Notes: generated by a model from the sequence alone, not told the origin. A stretch of DNA of 27,228 nucleotides from Bacteroidales bacterium (GCA_038250985.1 JBBSBT010000001.1:1-27228), one strand, 5' to 3'; counted from the first letter of the stretch, positions 1-8,799 are shown. Translations and numbers: made by a program.

Positions 1-176
1 AAGTTTTAAAGCCAAACTACTCGAATCCCACTTCGAACCGCCCAGTCATTTTTCCCAATGTCTTTACTTTTGGTACGCCAAATGCCACTTCAAGGCCCAC
101 ATATCGGTATTTTTACGCCCACTAAAAACAGCGTAGAACCACTATTAATAATGATGATTATTCAACAACTGATTCT

Positions 177-785
177 ATGTTGCATATTAAAAATGCAGAC
201 GGAGCGAAATATTTGAGAGTTGATTGGATTGTCTGCCCAAATACAAGTTGCAAAAAGATTACATTGTATGCTCTTCTGCATGAATACAATTTCATACCAA
301 ACGTTTGGCAAAAAGGAGAGTTGATCAAAAAATGGACTTTATTGCCAGACACAATATCTAAAGTGTTTCCAGAATATATTCCACTTGCACTTAGAACTGA
401 CTACCAAGAGGCATATTCAATTCTGGAGTTAAGCCCTAAAGCTGCTGCTACTCTTGCAAGAAGATGTATTCAAGGTATAATTCGAGACTTTTGGGGAATT
501 AGCAAAGTTAGATTAGTTGATGAAATTAATGCCCTAGAAGATAAAGTTGACCCTTTAACATGGAAATCTATTGATGCAATAAGAAAAGTTGGAAATATTG
601 GTGCTCACATGGAGAAGGACATTAATCTAATAATTGATGTTGATGTAAAGGAAGCGACCTTATTAGTTCAACTAATCGAAATGCTATTTGTAGAATGGTA
701 TATTCATCAACATGAAAGGGAAATAAAATTGAATGCTATTGTTGGCATGGCAAAGGACAAGGACGAATTAAAAAAAGGTAAGTAA
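177..785 (+). CDS. DUF4145 domain protein (HEPN/Abi-like helical domain), possibly 5'-truncated
   Basis: C-terminal pattern AAATLARRCIQGIIRDFWGI...IDAIRKVGNIGAH typical of DUF4145; one CPNxxC zinc-knuckle half at the N-terminus. Confidence 0.75.
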   Translation: MLHIKNADGAKYLRVDWIVCPNTSCKKITLYALLHEYNFIPNVWQKGELIKKWTLLPDTISKVFPEYIPLALRTDYQEAYSILELSPKAAATLARRCIQGIIRDFWGISKVRLVDEINALEDKVDPLTWKSIDAIRKVGNIGAHMEKDINLIIDVDVKEATLLVQLIEMLFVEWYIHQHEREIKLNAIVGMAKDKDELKKGK

Positions 786-789
786 CTGT

Positions 790-913
790 GCATAACAGCA
801 CCTACAAGAAATTGGCAGTTCAGTGGTTAAATAAAACTTTGTGCTTCGTATCAAGTTTTTGTGATGGCAGACAGTTTAGTGCTTTGAAATCGCCAGCTCC
901 CGAACATTTGGGC
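790..913 (+). repeat. Eroded attC-like cassette repeat
   Basis: Starts GCATAAC 5 nt after the stop; shares sub-motifs with the intact sites in this window (ggcagttcagtg vs ggcggttcagcg at ~18658, aaatcgcca at ~18731, gcagacagtt at ~23279). Right arm is shortened and the GTT appears as ATT (906-908). Confidence 0.55.
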
Positions 914-949
914 AAGAAATGAGCAGACAAAAACAAATATATTAACCAC

Positions 950-2077
950 ATGGAATTATTTTTTAAGAACTGGTTTAAGAAACTGCTTGACGAACTTCCA
1001 AAGACGAAGGAGTTAAAAATAATTTCGCCATTTGTGAAGGAACAAGTCGTAAGAAAAATTCAGAGCCAGTTTGATTTCAACAACCTTGAACTGATTACTC
1101 GTTACAACTTGCAAGATTTTGCAATGACGGTATCAAGTTTAAGCGGTTTAAAATTTTGTGTTGAAAACGGAGCAAGTGTTTTTGGAATTAAAGAACTTCA
1201 CAGTAAGGTTTATCTGTTTGACAAAAGAGCGGCTATAGTTACATCTGCTAACTTGACAAACGGTGGACTTGTTAGCAATTACGAATGTGGCATTTTTCTT
1301 ACAGACAAGATTGTAATTCAAAATCTGAACAAATATTTTGACGACCTCAAGACAATTGCTTCCAGGAAATTGACGATTAGCAAGTGTGATGCTTGGGAAA
1401 TAGAACTTTCAGGGGTTGAAGTTCGCAAAGGAAAAGCAACCACTCTTCCTGACTATGGAGCATCGCTTAATAAGTTTGACAAGACAAAGAATTACTACAT
1501 AAAATTTTTTGGCAATGCAGACAATAGAGTGGACTTAGATTTTCCTATTACCAAGGTAATTGACAATGCACTTTGCCATTACGCTTGTGGATTTCCTTTA
1601 AAGAAACAACCGCGACAAGTAAATGAAGGTGACATAATTTTTATGGCTCGCATGACAAATAACCCTTATGACTATGCAATCTTTGGAAAAGCAGCTGCAC
1701 TTAAATACACAGAAGGGAGAGACAGAGCATCAAAAAAAGAAATTGCGGAACGACCTTGGAAATCGAACTGGCCAATTTATTTGAGGGTTAAAAATCCTGT
1801 TTTCATAAACGGGACAATGGCAGACGGAATTCTACTTTCAGATTTACTTTCTAAATTTGACTACGATAGTTTTCCATCAACCAGAAAAAGATACGATGAG
1901 GGAGAGAAAAATATTAAACCGACAAAATCGCTAATGAGAAAAGCATATGTAAAACTGACTCACAACTCTGCTGAATGGCTGGATCAAAAATTTGATGATG
2001 CACTTACCAATATAGGACAAGTGGGTGACAAATTCTTACAAAGTTTGCCGCAGACAACAACTGACATATCCTCGTAG
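950..2077 (+). CDS. PLD/HKD-family nuclease (NgoFVII-like N-terminal domain) with a distinct C-terminal domain
   Basis: LHSKVYLFD...TSANLT...NYECG is a single HxK(x4)D PLD nuclease motif; preceded by IISPF, typical of this domain. Confidence 0.75.
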   Translation: MELFFKNWFKKLLDELPKTKELKIISPFVKEQVVRKIQSQFDFNNLELITRYNLQDFAMTVSSLSGLKFCVENGASVFGIKELHSKVYLFDKRAAIVTSANLTNGGLVSNYECGIFLTDKIVIQNLNKYFDDLKTIASRKLTISKCDAWEIELSGVEVRKGKATTLPDYGASLNKFDKTKNYYIKFFGNADNRVDLDFPITKVIDNALCHYACGFPLKKQPRQVNEGDIIFMARMTNNPYDYAIFGKAAALKYTEGRDRASKKEIAERPWKSNWPIYLRVKNPVFINGTMADGILLSDLLSKFDYDSFPSTRKRYDEGEKNIKPTKSLMRKAYVKLTHNSAEWLDQKFDDALTNIGQVGDKFLQSLPQTTTDISS

Positions 2078-2093
2078 TGAGAATAGAAGGAAG

Positions 2094-2211
2094 GCATAAC
2101 ATATAGTGTAAATGAAATTTTTAAAAAAGGCGGCTTTGAATGGTTAACGAACATTTCTACTTCTATCAAACAATGGTGCGTAATTTAAGAGTTAGATTAT
2201 ACGCGTTGTGA
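2094..2211 (+). repeat. Strongly eroded attC-like repeat
   Basis: GCATAAC at 2094-2100 shortly after the stop, internal ggcgg...tggttaa motif like the 790 site, GTTGTGA at 2205-2211 before the next gene; arms pair poorly. Confidence 0.35.
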
Positions 2212-2250
2212 TGAAGTGAGAATATTCATACAAACTATTATTTTTAAACC

Positions 2251-2877
2251 ATGGAAAAAGAAATCGGACTCGTATATGTTTTAACAAACCCCGCTATGCC
2301 TGGGATTGTAAAAATCGGAATTACCACTCGTCCGAATATTGAAGTTAGGCTAAAAGAACTCTTTACTACAAGTGTTCCCGTCCCGTTTAAGTGCGAATTC
2401 GCTTGTCAGGTAGAGGATTGCAGCAAGGTGGAATCTGCTTTACACAAAGCATTCCGACCCTATCGATTTCCCCAGAGAGAGTTTTTTAAGATTGAGCCAG
2501 ACCAGGTAATCCCCATTCTGCAACTTTTCGAGAAGAAAGATATCACTGCGGAAATCACTCAGGAAATAAAGGAAAATACCACACCCGAAGAAAGGGATGC
2601 GGGTGAAAAACTTGAGAAACAACGAAGACCTCCATTTAATTTTACCGAAATGGGGATTCCAATAGGTTCATATTTAAAATTCACAGAAAGCGACATTGAA
2701 GTGCAGATTACTGGAGAGAAAAAAGTGAGATTCAATGGTGAAGATGTAAGTCTAACAAAAGTCACAAGAGATCTTTTGAAAATTGACTATTCAGTCCAGC
2801 CGACAGTATACTGGTTTTACAATGGGAAAAATTTGAGGGAAATATACAATGAAACGTATGTGACTGAGGAATTATAA
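2251..2877 (+). CDS. T5orf172-type GIY-YIG nuclease family protein with a RAMA-like C-terminal domain
   Basis: VYVLTNPAMPGIVKIG.T...RLKEL and ESALHKAF...REFF are T5orf172 motifs; C-terminal GIPIGSYLKF...YWFYNGKNLREIY resembles RAMA (pattern recognition only). Confidence 0.75.
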   Translation: MEKEIGLVYVLTNPAMPGIVKIGITTRPNIEVRLKELFTTSVPVPFKCEFACQVEDCSKVESALHKAFRPYRFPQREFFKIEPDQVIPILQLFEKKDITAEITQEIKENTTPEERDAGEKLEKQRRPPFNFTEMGIPIGSYLKFTESDIEVQITGEKKVRFNGEDVSLTKVTRDLLKIDYSVQPTVYWFYNGKNLREIYNETYVTEEL

Positions 2878-2949
2878 AAAGTCATCTGGCAAATAGCAAA
2901 CGACCTCCAATGTACTTTAGGCATTCAAGACTTCAAATTGTTTTTACCA

Positions 2950-5900
2950 TTATCCACCCTCCACAATCCCTATCTCCTCCTCCGTCAAACCATAAAGCTG
3001 GTAGACAAGCTGGTCGATTTGTGATTCAAATGATGATGTATCATATGAAGAATCAGTTTGACGAAGTTCTTTTATTGTTTTAACAAGATTTGAGATTTCT
3101 GAACTGTTAACGTCAGTACCTAATACAATTGGCAGTTGTGAAACATACACAGGTTTATACTCGAAGTATCCATTTTGTTTAGTTGATGCAATTTGTTTTA
3201 GATAGAAGTCAACAACTCGTGAGTTTAACATACCTAATAGATAAAGGTCTTCCAATGGAATAATGGAGGTTTTATCGTTACTGTAATGAGATAATGAATC
3301 AATTTGATAAGAGGCTGCCTTCACAATGGCTGGAATAATAATTTTTGGTTTTTCAAACTCTGAATAATAATCACAGGCTCGCAATTCCCACCAGTATTGT
3401 CCCTGATCATAGCGGGCAATCGCCTTTTCTTTAAATGGCAATAAATGGTCTATAACCGATGGGAATGCATCACGAATTTTAATTAAGGCCTCCTCTGATT
3501 CTAATTTACCAAATCTGGATTGAGTAAATCCATTTTTGAAGAGAATTAAATACTTGTCAGTATGTGGTTGCTGATATCGCTTTATATCCCTGCCCGCCAG
3601 AAAAGGCTTAATTATCTCATTACTTCCTGGATCAACTGCAATTAATTTATCCCGTGTTGACTTGTCGATAACGAATGCTTCATTCAATCCTGTTTTTATT
3701 CCGTAATAGATATTACCATCGACATATTGAGAAAGGGGTATTCCCTTGCTTTTAATTTTTTTTAGTAAAGCCTGAGCTCCAGGTTCTTTGAGTACCCACC
3801 CTTTTTCGTTCAAATCACTATATGCTATGTTATTTGAATTTTGCAAAACAAAGGAATCAAGCCCATCAATGAAATTCAAAGTGTCTATGTTAACCGCCAC
3901 CAAAGAATCGCTCGCTATTGTTTTCCTAACATGAAGGATACACGGATAAGTAGTAGCTTCTTCAAAAACAGGCAGATCCCCAAAGTCTACAATCTTGTAA
4001 ATGGCAAACTCTTTTAAATAGCGACGCAGAGCAGCACCATACCCGGCCCGCATCCATTTATTCGGGAGTATGTAAATGAAATCACCACCACGTTTCAATA
4101 TTGAAATTCCTTTCTCCACGAAATAGACATACAAATCCGCTGTGCCGGCATACGTCGTAAAATTTCCCTGGAAATAATTTTTATATTCTTTGAGCTCTTC
4201 CTGTCGTATGTATGGAGGATTCGCCACCACCACATCAAACCCCACAAACTCCCCATCCTCATTCAACACCTCCGGAAATTCAAAGCGCCACTCAAAGGCA
4301 TTTTCATAGATCTTATTAGCCCTGATCTCTTCAATCTCCGCTTCCAGCTTTTCAATATCCTTCGCAAACTGCAGTACCTTTTTTTCCCGCGAGGCTTTCT
4401 CATCTTTCGTTTGCTCAAACAAACCACCCGGATTGGCCGTGTAGTAAAGATCATCTTTCAGCTTGTTCAGCTTTTTGATCTTCGGATCATTGGCCGAGAT
4501 CTCACTACGGAAGTCAGACTTAATATCCGAGATCAGGCTCAGCATCTTCCGCTTCTGCTCACGGTTTTCAGCATTGCGATATGTGTCCACCGCAATGCGA
4601 TAACTATCAATCGTCCATTTGCTTTTTTTCAACGCCTGCTTCAAATCCGAATCAATCGCAAACCGACTCACGAGAGAATTTCCACACTTGATATTGATAT
4701 CAATATTGGGCAGGGTCTCCAGCTCGGTAGCATTTTTATAATACGCATGCTTCAGCAATTCAATCCACAAGCGCAGCCGGCAGATCTTGACAGAATTGGG
4801 ATTGATGTCCACACCAAAAAGACAATTTTCAATGATGGTTTGCTTTTCATGAAAGAGCGCTTCCTGCACACGTTGGCTTTCTTTATTGCCCGGACGGTAT
4901 TCGAAGAAATCATCTTCATCAGAAATGATAAGTTCATCATTAGAGACTTCGATCTTATATTCCTTCAGCCATTTGCCGTCACGGTCCAGCAGCACCCTGA
5001 GCTCACTTTTGATAGCGATGATCTCGTTGAGCGCCGACACCAGGAAGTGACCGGAACCCACCGCGGGATCACATATGCGCAGTGAATTGATGATGGCATT
5101 GGCTTCTCTCCGGTCCTCGATCTTATCATACAGATCATCAAGTGTCTCGCAAGTCCAGGTTTTGGTTTCATTAAATTTTTGCACCACGGCACGCCGGATC
5201 GTCTCGCGGCACATATACATGGTGATGAATCCCGGTGTAAAGAATGAACCGTCCTTGTATCCGTTGATCTTCTCAAAGATGAGGCCGAGCACAGAGGCGT
5301 TGATCAGTGTCTTGTTGTCTTCCTGGATCTCAACGGAACCTTCGCCACTGAAATCATACGCATCAAGAAAGCGGAACAAATATTCAAGCGTGCCAAGGGA
5401 ACCTGTATTCTTTTTACCGGTACTGTCTTTCAGCACCGTCTGAGTATGAAGCGGTATCGTCACATCGTCCCTGAGATTGCTGATGAGCAAGGTCTGGTGC
5501 TCAAGATCAGTAGGTTCGAAAAGCGAAGAATTGAGATACGGTACCTTTTCAAAAGCCTTGCGGATCTCCGGCTGTCGCTCATCATGTTGTCTGGCCAACA
5601 CCTGAAAAAACAAACTGTTGAGATCATCATAGCTACTGATACGATCATACTGCAGGAATCCATATGACTTGTCGCCTTTGTGATAACTGATCAGTTGCGC
5701 TTCAAGCAGCTTGAGGAAGAGTATGCGGTTGACCCACGTGATCGACAACTCAAGCGCAATGGCAAAGAGACGCTCTTCATGACTGGCACCGTATTGCGAT
5801 GGTTTGTCGAGGCGGCTTATTTTATCCAGCGTGTCAATTTGCTGGATCGCGTCTTCGAGTAATGTGCCTGCATGACGTTCGCCTTTCTTGCGGCGGTCGA

Positions 5901-6717
5901 TAAGTTTCTTGCCGCCCTCTTTTACTTCAGTCAGCCCGATGATATGAAGCAGTTCGGTGTAAAATCTGCGATCAAGGCTATTGCTGTCATTTGCAAAAGA
6001 CTGTTTGAGCAGGTGTGGCGGTGACAGCAGTTTAAAAAGTGCGATCAGCCGGGCATCATCTCCTTTGTCTTCATTGCGCAACGGTTTTTCATAATCGCGG
6101 ATGTCGAAGTGCGTGAATTCAATCTGGGCATCGATCGTATCAATGAATGGCTCTGCAATACTTTTATAAAAAAATGAGGTATTCGTATCTGCCAGTCGTC
6201 CTTCATCAAATTCTGTAAATTGGCGTACCAGGTTTTTGTTCTGCGCAAACAGACGGTCAAATTGTTGCGCATCGAAGATGAACCACTCGTGGATATTCGT
6301 AATGATCAGATGGCGGACTTCCGTATTGCTGTATGTAATGCGTTCGCGTAAATAGTACAGCACCAGTTCCTGGAATGCTTTTGCATTGAGCCTGGAGGTG
6401 GAGATCATTTCGGTCTTATTGCCCGGCTTTTTTGCTTCGATGATGACACCTACAGTAGAGTCTCTGTTGCCGTTGTGGATGACGAGGTCATTGCGGCCTT
6501 TTGTATTAATAAAATGATTTGGGTCGTACCAGGTTTTTTTGAGAAAGTCTGCGACTAGATTTTTATGGTGTTCTTCTGACTCTGTGGTGTTGATATGATC
6601 GAGGAGGTGGATGAGGTTTGTTTTAAAGGTATCAATTTCGGACCTGATCGGTCTTGCTTTGAGGAAGGCTTTATTGAGTGCCTGGCGGGGTTTGAGGATG
6701 TGGGTGTGCATGTGCAT
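2950..6717 (-). CDS. Type IIG fused restriction endonuclease / N6-adenine methyltransferase (Eco57I-like) with TaqI-C-like specificity domain
   Basis: N-terminal D...EAK (NDLVIHNG...IIEAKKP) nuclease motif, MTase motif I CDPAVGSGHF, motif IV NPPY, C-terminal YWWELRAC/FEKPKII TRD. Start placed at ATG 6717 (or 6711); the ORF-track extension to 6822 runs through repeat DNA. Confidence 0.9.
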   Translation of the reverse strand: MHMHTHILKPRQALNKAFLKARPIRSEIDTFKTNLIHLLDHINTTESEEHHKNLVADFLKKTWYDPNHFINTKGRNDLVIHNGNRDSTVGVIIEAKKPGNKTEMISTSRLNAKAFQELVLYYLRERITYSNTEVRHLIITNIHEWFIFDAQQFDRLFAQNKNLVRQFTEFDEGRLADTNTSFFYKSIAEPFIDTIDAQIEFTHFDIRDYEKPLRNEDKGDDARLIALFKLLSPPHLLKQSFANDSNSLDRRFYTELLHIIGLTEVKEGGKKLIDRRKKGERHAGTLLEDAIQQIDTLDKISRLDKPSQYGASHEERLFAIALELSITWVNRILFLKLLEAQLISYHKGDKSYGFLQYDRISSYDDLNSLFFQVLARQHDERQPEIRKAFEKVPYLNSSLFEPTDLEHQTLLISNLRDDVTIPLHTQTVLKDSTGKKNTGSLGTLEYLFRFLDAYDFSGEGSVEIQEDNKTLINASVLGLIFEKINGYKDGSFFTPGFITMYMCRETIRRAVVQKFNETKTWTCETLDDLYDKIEDRREANAIINSLRICDPAVGSGHFLVSALNEIIAIKSELRVLLDRDGKWLKEYKIEVSNDELIISDEDDFFEYRPGNKESQRVQEALFHEKQTIIENCLFGVDINPNSVKICRLRLWIELLKHAYYKNATELETLPNIDINIKCGNSLVSRFAIDSDLKQALKKSKWTIDSYRIAVDTYRNAENREQKRKMLSLISDIKSDFRSEISANDPKIKKLNKLKDDLYYTANPGGLFEQTKDEKASREKKVLQFAKDIEKLEAEIEEIRANKIYENAFEWRFEFPEVLNEDGEFVGFDVVVANPPYIRQEELKEYKNYFQGNFTTYAGTADLYVYFVEKGISILKRGGDFIYILPNKWMRAGYGAALRRYLKEFAIYKIVDFGDLPVFEEATTYPCILHVRKTIASDSLVAVNIDTLNFIDGLDSFVLQNSNNIAYSDLNEKGWVLKEPGAQALLKKIKSKGIPLSQYVDGNIYYGIKTGLNEAFVIDKSTRDKLIAVDPGSNEIIKPFLAGRDIKRYQQPHTDKYLILFKNGFTQSRFGKLESEEALIKIRDAFPSVIDHLLPFKEKAIARYDQGQYWWELRACDYYSEFEKPKIIIPAIVKAASYQIDSLSHYSNDKTSIIPLEDLYLLGMLNSRVVDFYLKQIASTKQNGYFEYKPVYVSQLPIVLGTDVNSSEISNLVKTIKELRQTDSSYDTSSFESQIDQLVYQLYGLTEEEIGIVEGG

Positions 6718-6754
6718 AGGGGTGTAAAGGTGATAAAAGTAGTGTGAAATTTGG

Positions 6755-7090
6755 ACGGTTACTGAGCTGCGGTTGGTGAGCTGCAGCACAAGGTTGAGTA
6801 ACAGCAGGTCGAACCATCGCACAAGGATGGGTATAGCAGGTCGAAGTATGCCGGATAAAGGGATGCCGGATGCCGGACTCTAGACGTGAATCATTGATGC
6901 CAGATTATTAGACGGTTGGTGAGCGGTTGCACAGGGATGAGTATAGCAGGCGCTGCACTGAGCTAGTCGAATGTGTCGAACCATCGCACACGGTTGGTGA
7001 GTTGTAGCAATAGGATGAGAGGGCGCATGACGAACCATGGTTGAGTATAGCAGGCGCCGCACTGAGCGCTAGTCAAACGTGTCGAAGTAG
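6755..7090. repeat. Cluster of short REP-like repeats
   Basis: cggttggtgag at 6770, 6913, 6991; gtcgaaccatcgcaca at 6808 and 6975; g(a/g)gtatagcagg three times plus a variant; gcactgagc twice. Confidence 0.75.
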
Positions 7091-7104
7091 GCCAATTGAG
7101 GAAC

Positions 7105-7151
7105 TTTCCAATATTTGGAAATAAATTGTAATTATTTCCAATTTATGGAAA
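7105..7151. promoter_or_regulatory. Paired palindromic operator sites upstream of the GNAT-HTH operon
   Basis: TTTCCAATATTTGGAAA (7105-7121) and TTTCCAATTTATGGAAA (7135-7151), 30 bp apart, 21 bp before the ATG. Confidence 0.6.
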
Positions 7152-7172
7152 CTTTATCCATATCTTTATGTT

Positions 7173-7643
7173 ATGCATGTTATTGAAGTCTCAACAGGAA
7201 AAAAGCTCCCGGCTTCAGTGCTTTCGGTAGAAAATGCTGACTTCAATAGGTTGTCAAAAAGCCGTTATTTTTTTGACTGGAAAGAAGAGAGAAATGAAGA
7301 GGTATACAAATTAGTCCTGAAAGGGGAAGACGACATTTTGGGACTGGTTTCAATAGAAAGAATTTCATCCGAGCAGAGAATTCACATAAGACTTTTGACT
7401 GTATCAAAGGAGAATAAAGGAAATGCTAAGGTATTTGAAAATGTCGCAGGAAACCTAATAGCTCATGTTGCTAAGATTGCAGTTGAGGAATTTGGAGAGT
7501 GGGCTTGCGTTTCTCTTGTACCCAAAAGTTCTATAGCTAAACATTATGTTGATAAATATAAAATGAATGTTACGGGAAAGACATTAAGTTTAGAAGTTCC
7601 GGAAATCCTAAAGCTCATCAACAAATATGACAATGATAAGTAA
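7173..7643 (+). CDS. GNAT-like N-acetyltransferase (putative toxin)
   Basis: ILGLVSIER...IHIRLLTVSKENKG...VAGNLIAHV strand/helix pattern of a GNAT fold; overlaps the downstream HTH gene. Confidence 0.5.
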   Translation: MHVIEVSTGKKLPASVLSVENADFNRLSKSRYFFDWKEERNEEVYKLVLKGEDDILGLVSIERISSEQRIHIRLLTVSKENKGNAKVFENVAGNLIAHVAKIAVEEFGEWACVSLVPKSSIAKHYVDKYKMNVTGKTLSLEVPEILKLINKYDNDK

Positions 7644-8166
7644 GAAAAAAAGAATCGATATTGATCCTGAGTATGGTGTCGATTCAAGATATAAGAATAG
7701 CAGGGAAAAAGAACACGATTCTGTTTCTCTGATGGAAGCACGGCTGGCGAGAATGAAAAATCTGCCCAAAGAGCAAGTGCTACGGGCAAAGCTTCTGCAA
7801 TTGAAATTGAAGATGGAAAATTTTCTGAACGATCCTGTCTATGATAAAAAAAATCAATTTGCCAGTTTCTTAGAGACCTATGTGGATACGCTGTATGAAA
7901 GAAGAAGCCAATTTGCAAAGGATATCAACGAGACACCAGGTTTCCTCAGTAAAGTGATCAACGTACATCGGGAGCCAAAAGAAGAATTTATTTTAAAACT
8001 CATGATCCATTCTGAAAAAGTTTTCAGACATGTGGGGGCATTTCCAAAGACGACCTGGTATCAGGTCTATCTGCGTGAAAAATTATGTAACACAATGTCT
8101 AATCAGGATGAATGGGGACCTGAAATTGAAAGGCAGGTTAAGCTTACTGAATCGATGGTGAAGTGA
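7627..8166 (+). CDS. XRE-like helix-turn-helix protein (putative antitoxin/regulator)
   Basis: RSQFAKDINETPGFLSKVINVHREP resembles an XRE HTH; overlaps the upstream gene by 17 nt. Confidence 0.5.
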   Translation: MTMISKKKRIDIDPEYGVDSRYKNSREKEHDSVSLMEARLARMKNLPKEQVLRAKLLQLKLKMENFLNDPVYDKKNQFASFLETYVDTLYERRSQFAKDINETPGFLSKVINVHREPKEEFILKLMIHSEKVFRHVGAFPKTTWYQVYLREKLCNTMSNQDEWGPEIERQVKLTESMVK

Positions 8167-8237
8167 TCATCAGGCATAAAACCGAGTGCCAAGCGACTCA
8201 TTATCAGAAATTTATAGAAATAATTATAACAATTATT

Positions 8238-8269
8238 TTTGGAAATCTGCTATTTTTTCTGTAAATTTG
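8238..8269 (+). promoter_or_regulatory. Bacteroidota sigma-A promoter (-33/-7)
   Basis: TTTG 8238-8241 and TAAATTTG 8262-8269 with a 20-nt spacer, 5 nt before ATG 8275. Confidence 0.6.
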
Positions 8270-8274
8270 TAATC

Positions 8275-8535
8275 ATGTCCGCAATTGAAATCGCAAGCAC
8301 AATGGGTACCAACGCAGTCAAAAAATTGCGTGAACAAAAACTTAGAAATGGGTTGCCCTTCATGATAAATGTTAAAGAGTTAGCTACAAATCAATGCTAT
8401 CTGGAATTTCCAAATGGAATCATTCAGTTAGTTACCGTAGAGCACAGTTCAAGAGACATGGATGTTATACGGGAATTAACTTCAATTGAGGCAACCAATT
8501 TGAGACGACGGTTTCAATTTTCCCTTATTGTTTAG
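8275..8535 (+). CDS. Small hypothetical protein (antitoxin-like partner of the downstream ATPase stub)
   Basis: ATG after a consensus promoter; stop abuts the ATG of a Walker-A stub. The ORF-track TTG start at 8239 lies inside the promoter. Confidence 0.55.
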   Translation: MSAIEIASTMGTNAVKKLREQKLRNGLPFMINVKELATNQCYLEFPNGIIQLVTVEHSSRDMDVIRELTSIEATNLRRRFQFSLIV

Positions 8536-8601
8536 ATGCCAATTTTATATATAATAACCGGCTCCAATGGAGCGGGTAAATCATCTGTAGGTCCAGACTT
8601 T
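8536..8601 (+). pseudogene. N-terminal stub of a zeta-toxin-like / predicted P-loop ATPase
   Basis: MPILYIITGSNGAGKSS is a beta-strand plus Walker A (GxxGxGKS); the ATPase-like sequence stops after about 22 codons and runs in frame into an unrelated ORF. Confidence 0.65.
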
Positions 8602-8616
8602 ATGAAATATAATACC

Positions 8617-8799
8617 ATGCTTACCATGGAAAAGCTTAATATGACAATGAATAACCTTCCTGATTCCTTCACGATTGGTGAATTGATAGATCAATTAATT
8701 TTTATAGAAAAGGTAGACGAAGGCTTTCAGCAATCTGAGAAGGGGAACATCATTTCGAATGAGGATGTTAAACTCATAATAGATAGGTGGTCACAATAG
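8617..8799 (+). CDS. Small acidic antitoxin-like protein (partner of the ParE/RelE stub)
   Basis: MLTMEKL...LPDSFTIGELIDQLIFIEKVDEGFQQSEKGNIISNEDV pattern of small antitoxins; its stop overlaps a RelE/ParE-like start. Confidence 0.55.
   Translation: MLTMEKLNMTMNNLPDSFTIGELIDQLIFIEKVDEGFQQSEKGNIISNEDVKLIIDRWSQ

Noticed and set aside
82-216. Short ORF MPLQGPHIGIFTPTK... after a TACTTTTG box at 65-72
   Set aside because: Only 44 codons, overlaps the DUF4145 gene out of frame, no recognisable motif, no well-spaced -33 box.
4411-5862. Plus-strand ORFs (4411-5085, 5075-5443, 5446-5667, 5680-5862) opposite the R-M gene
   Set aside because: Antisense shadows of a GC-richer coding region; no motifs or start context.
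6718-6822. 35-aa N-terminal extension of the R-M ORF
   Set aside because: Runs through the REP-like cluster and precedes the MHM start; treated as non-coding.
6755-7090. Possible CRISPR array
   Set aside because: No constant repeat length or period, no unique spacers of uniform size, no cas genes.
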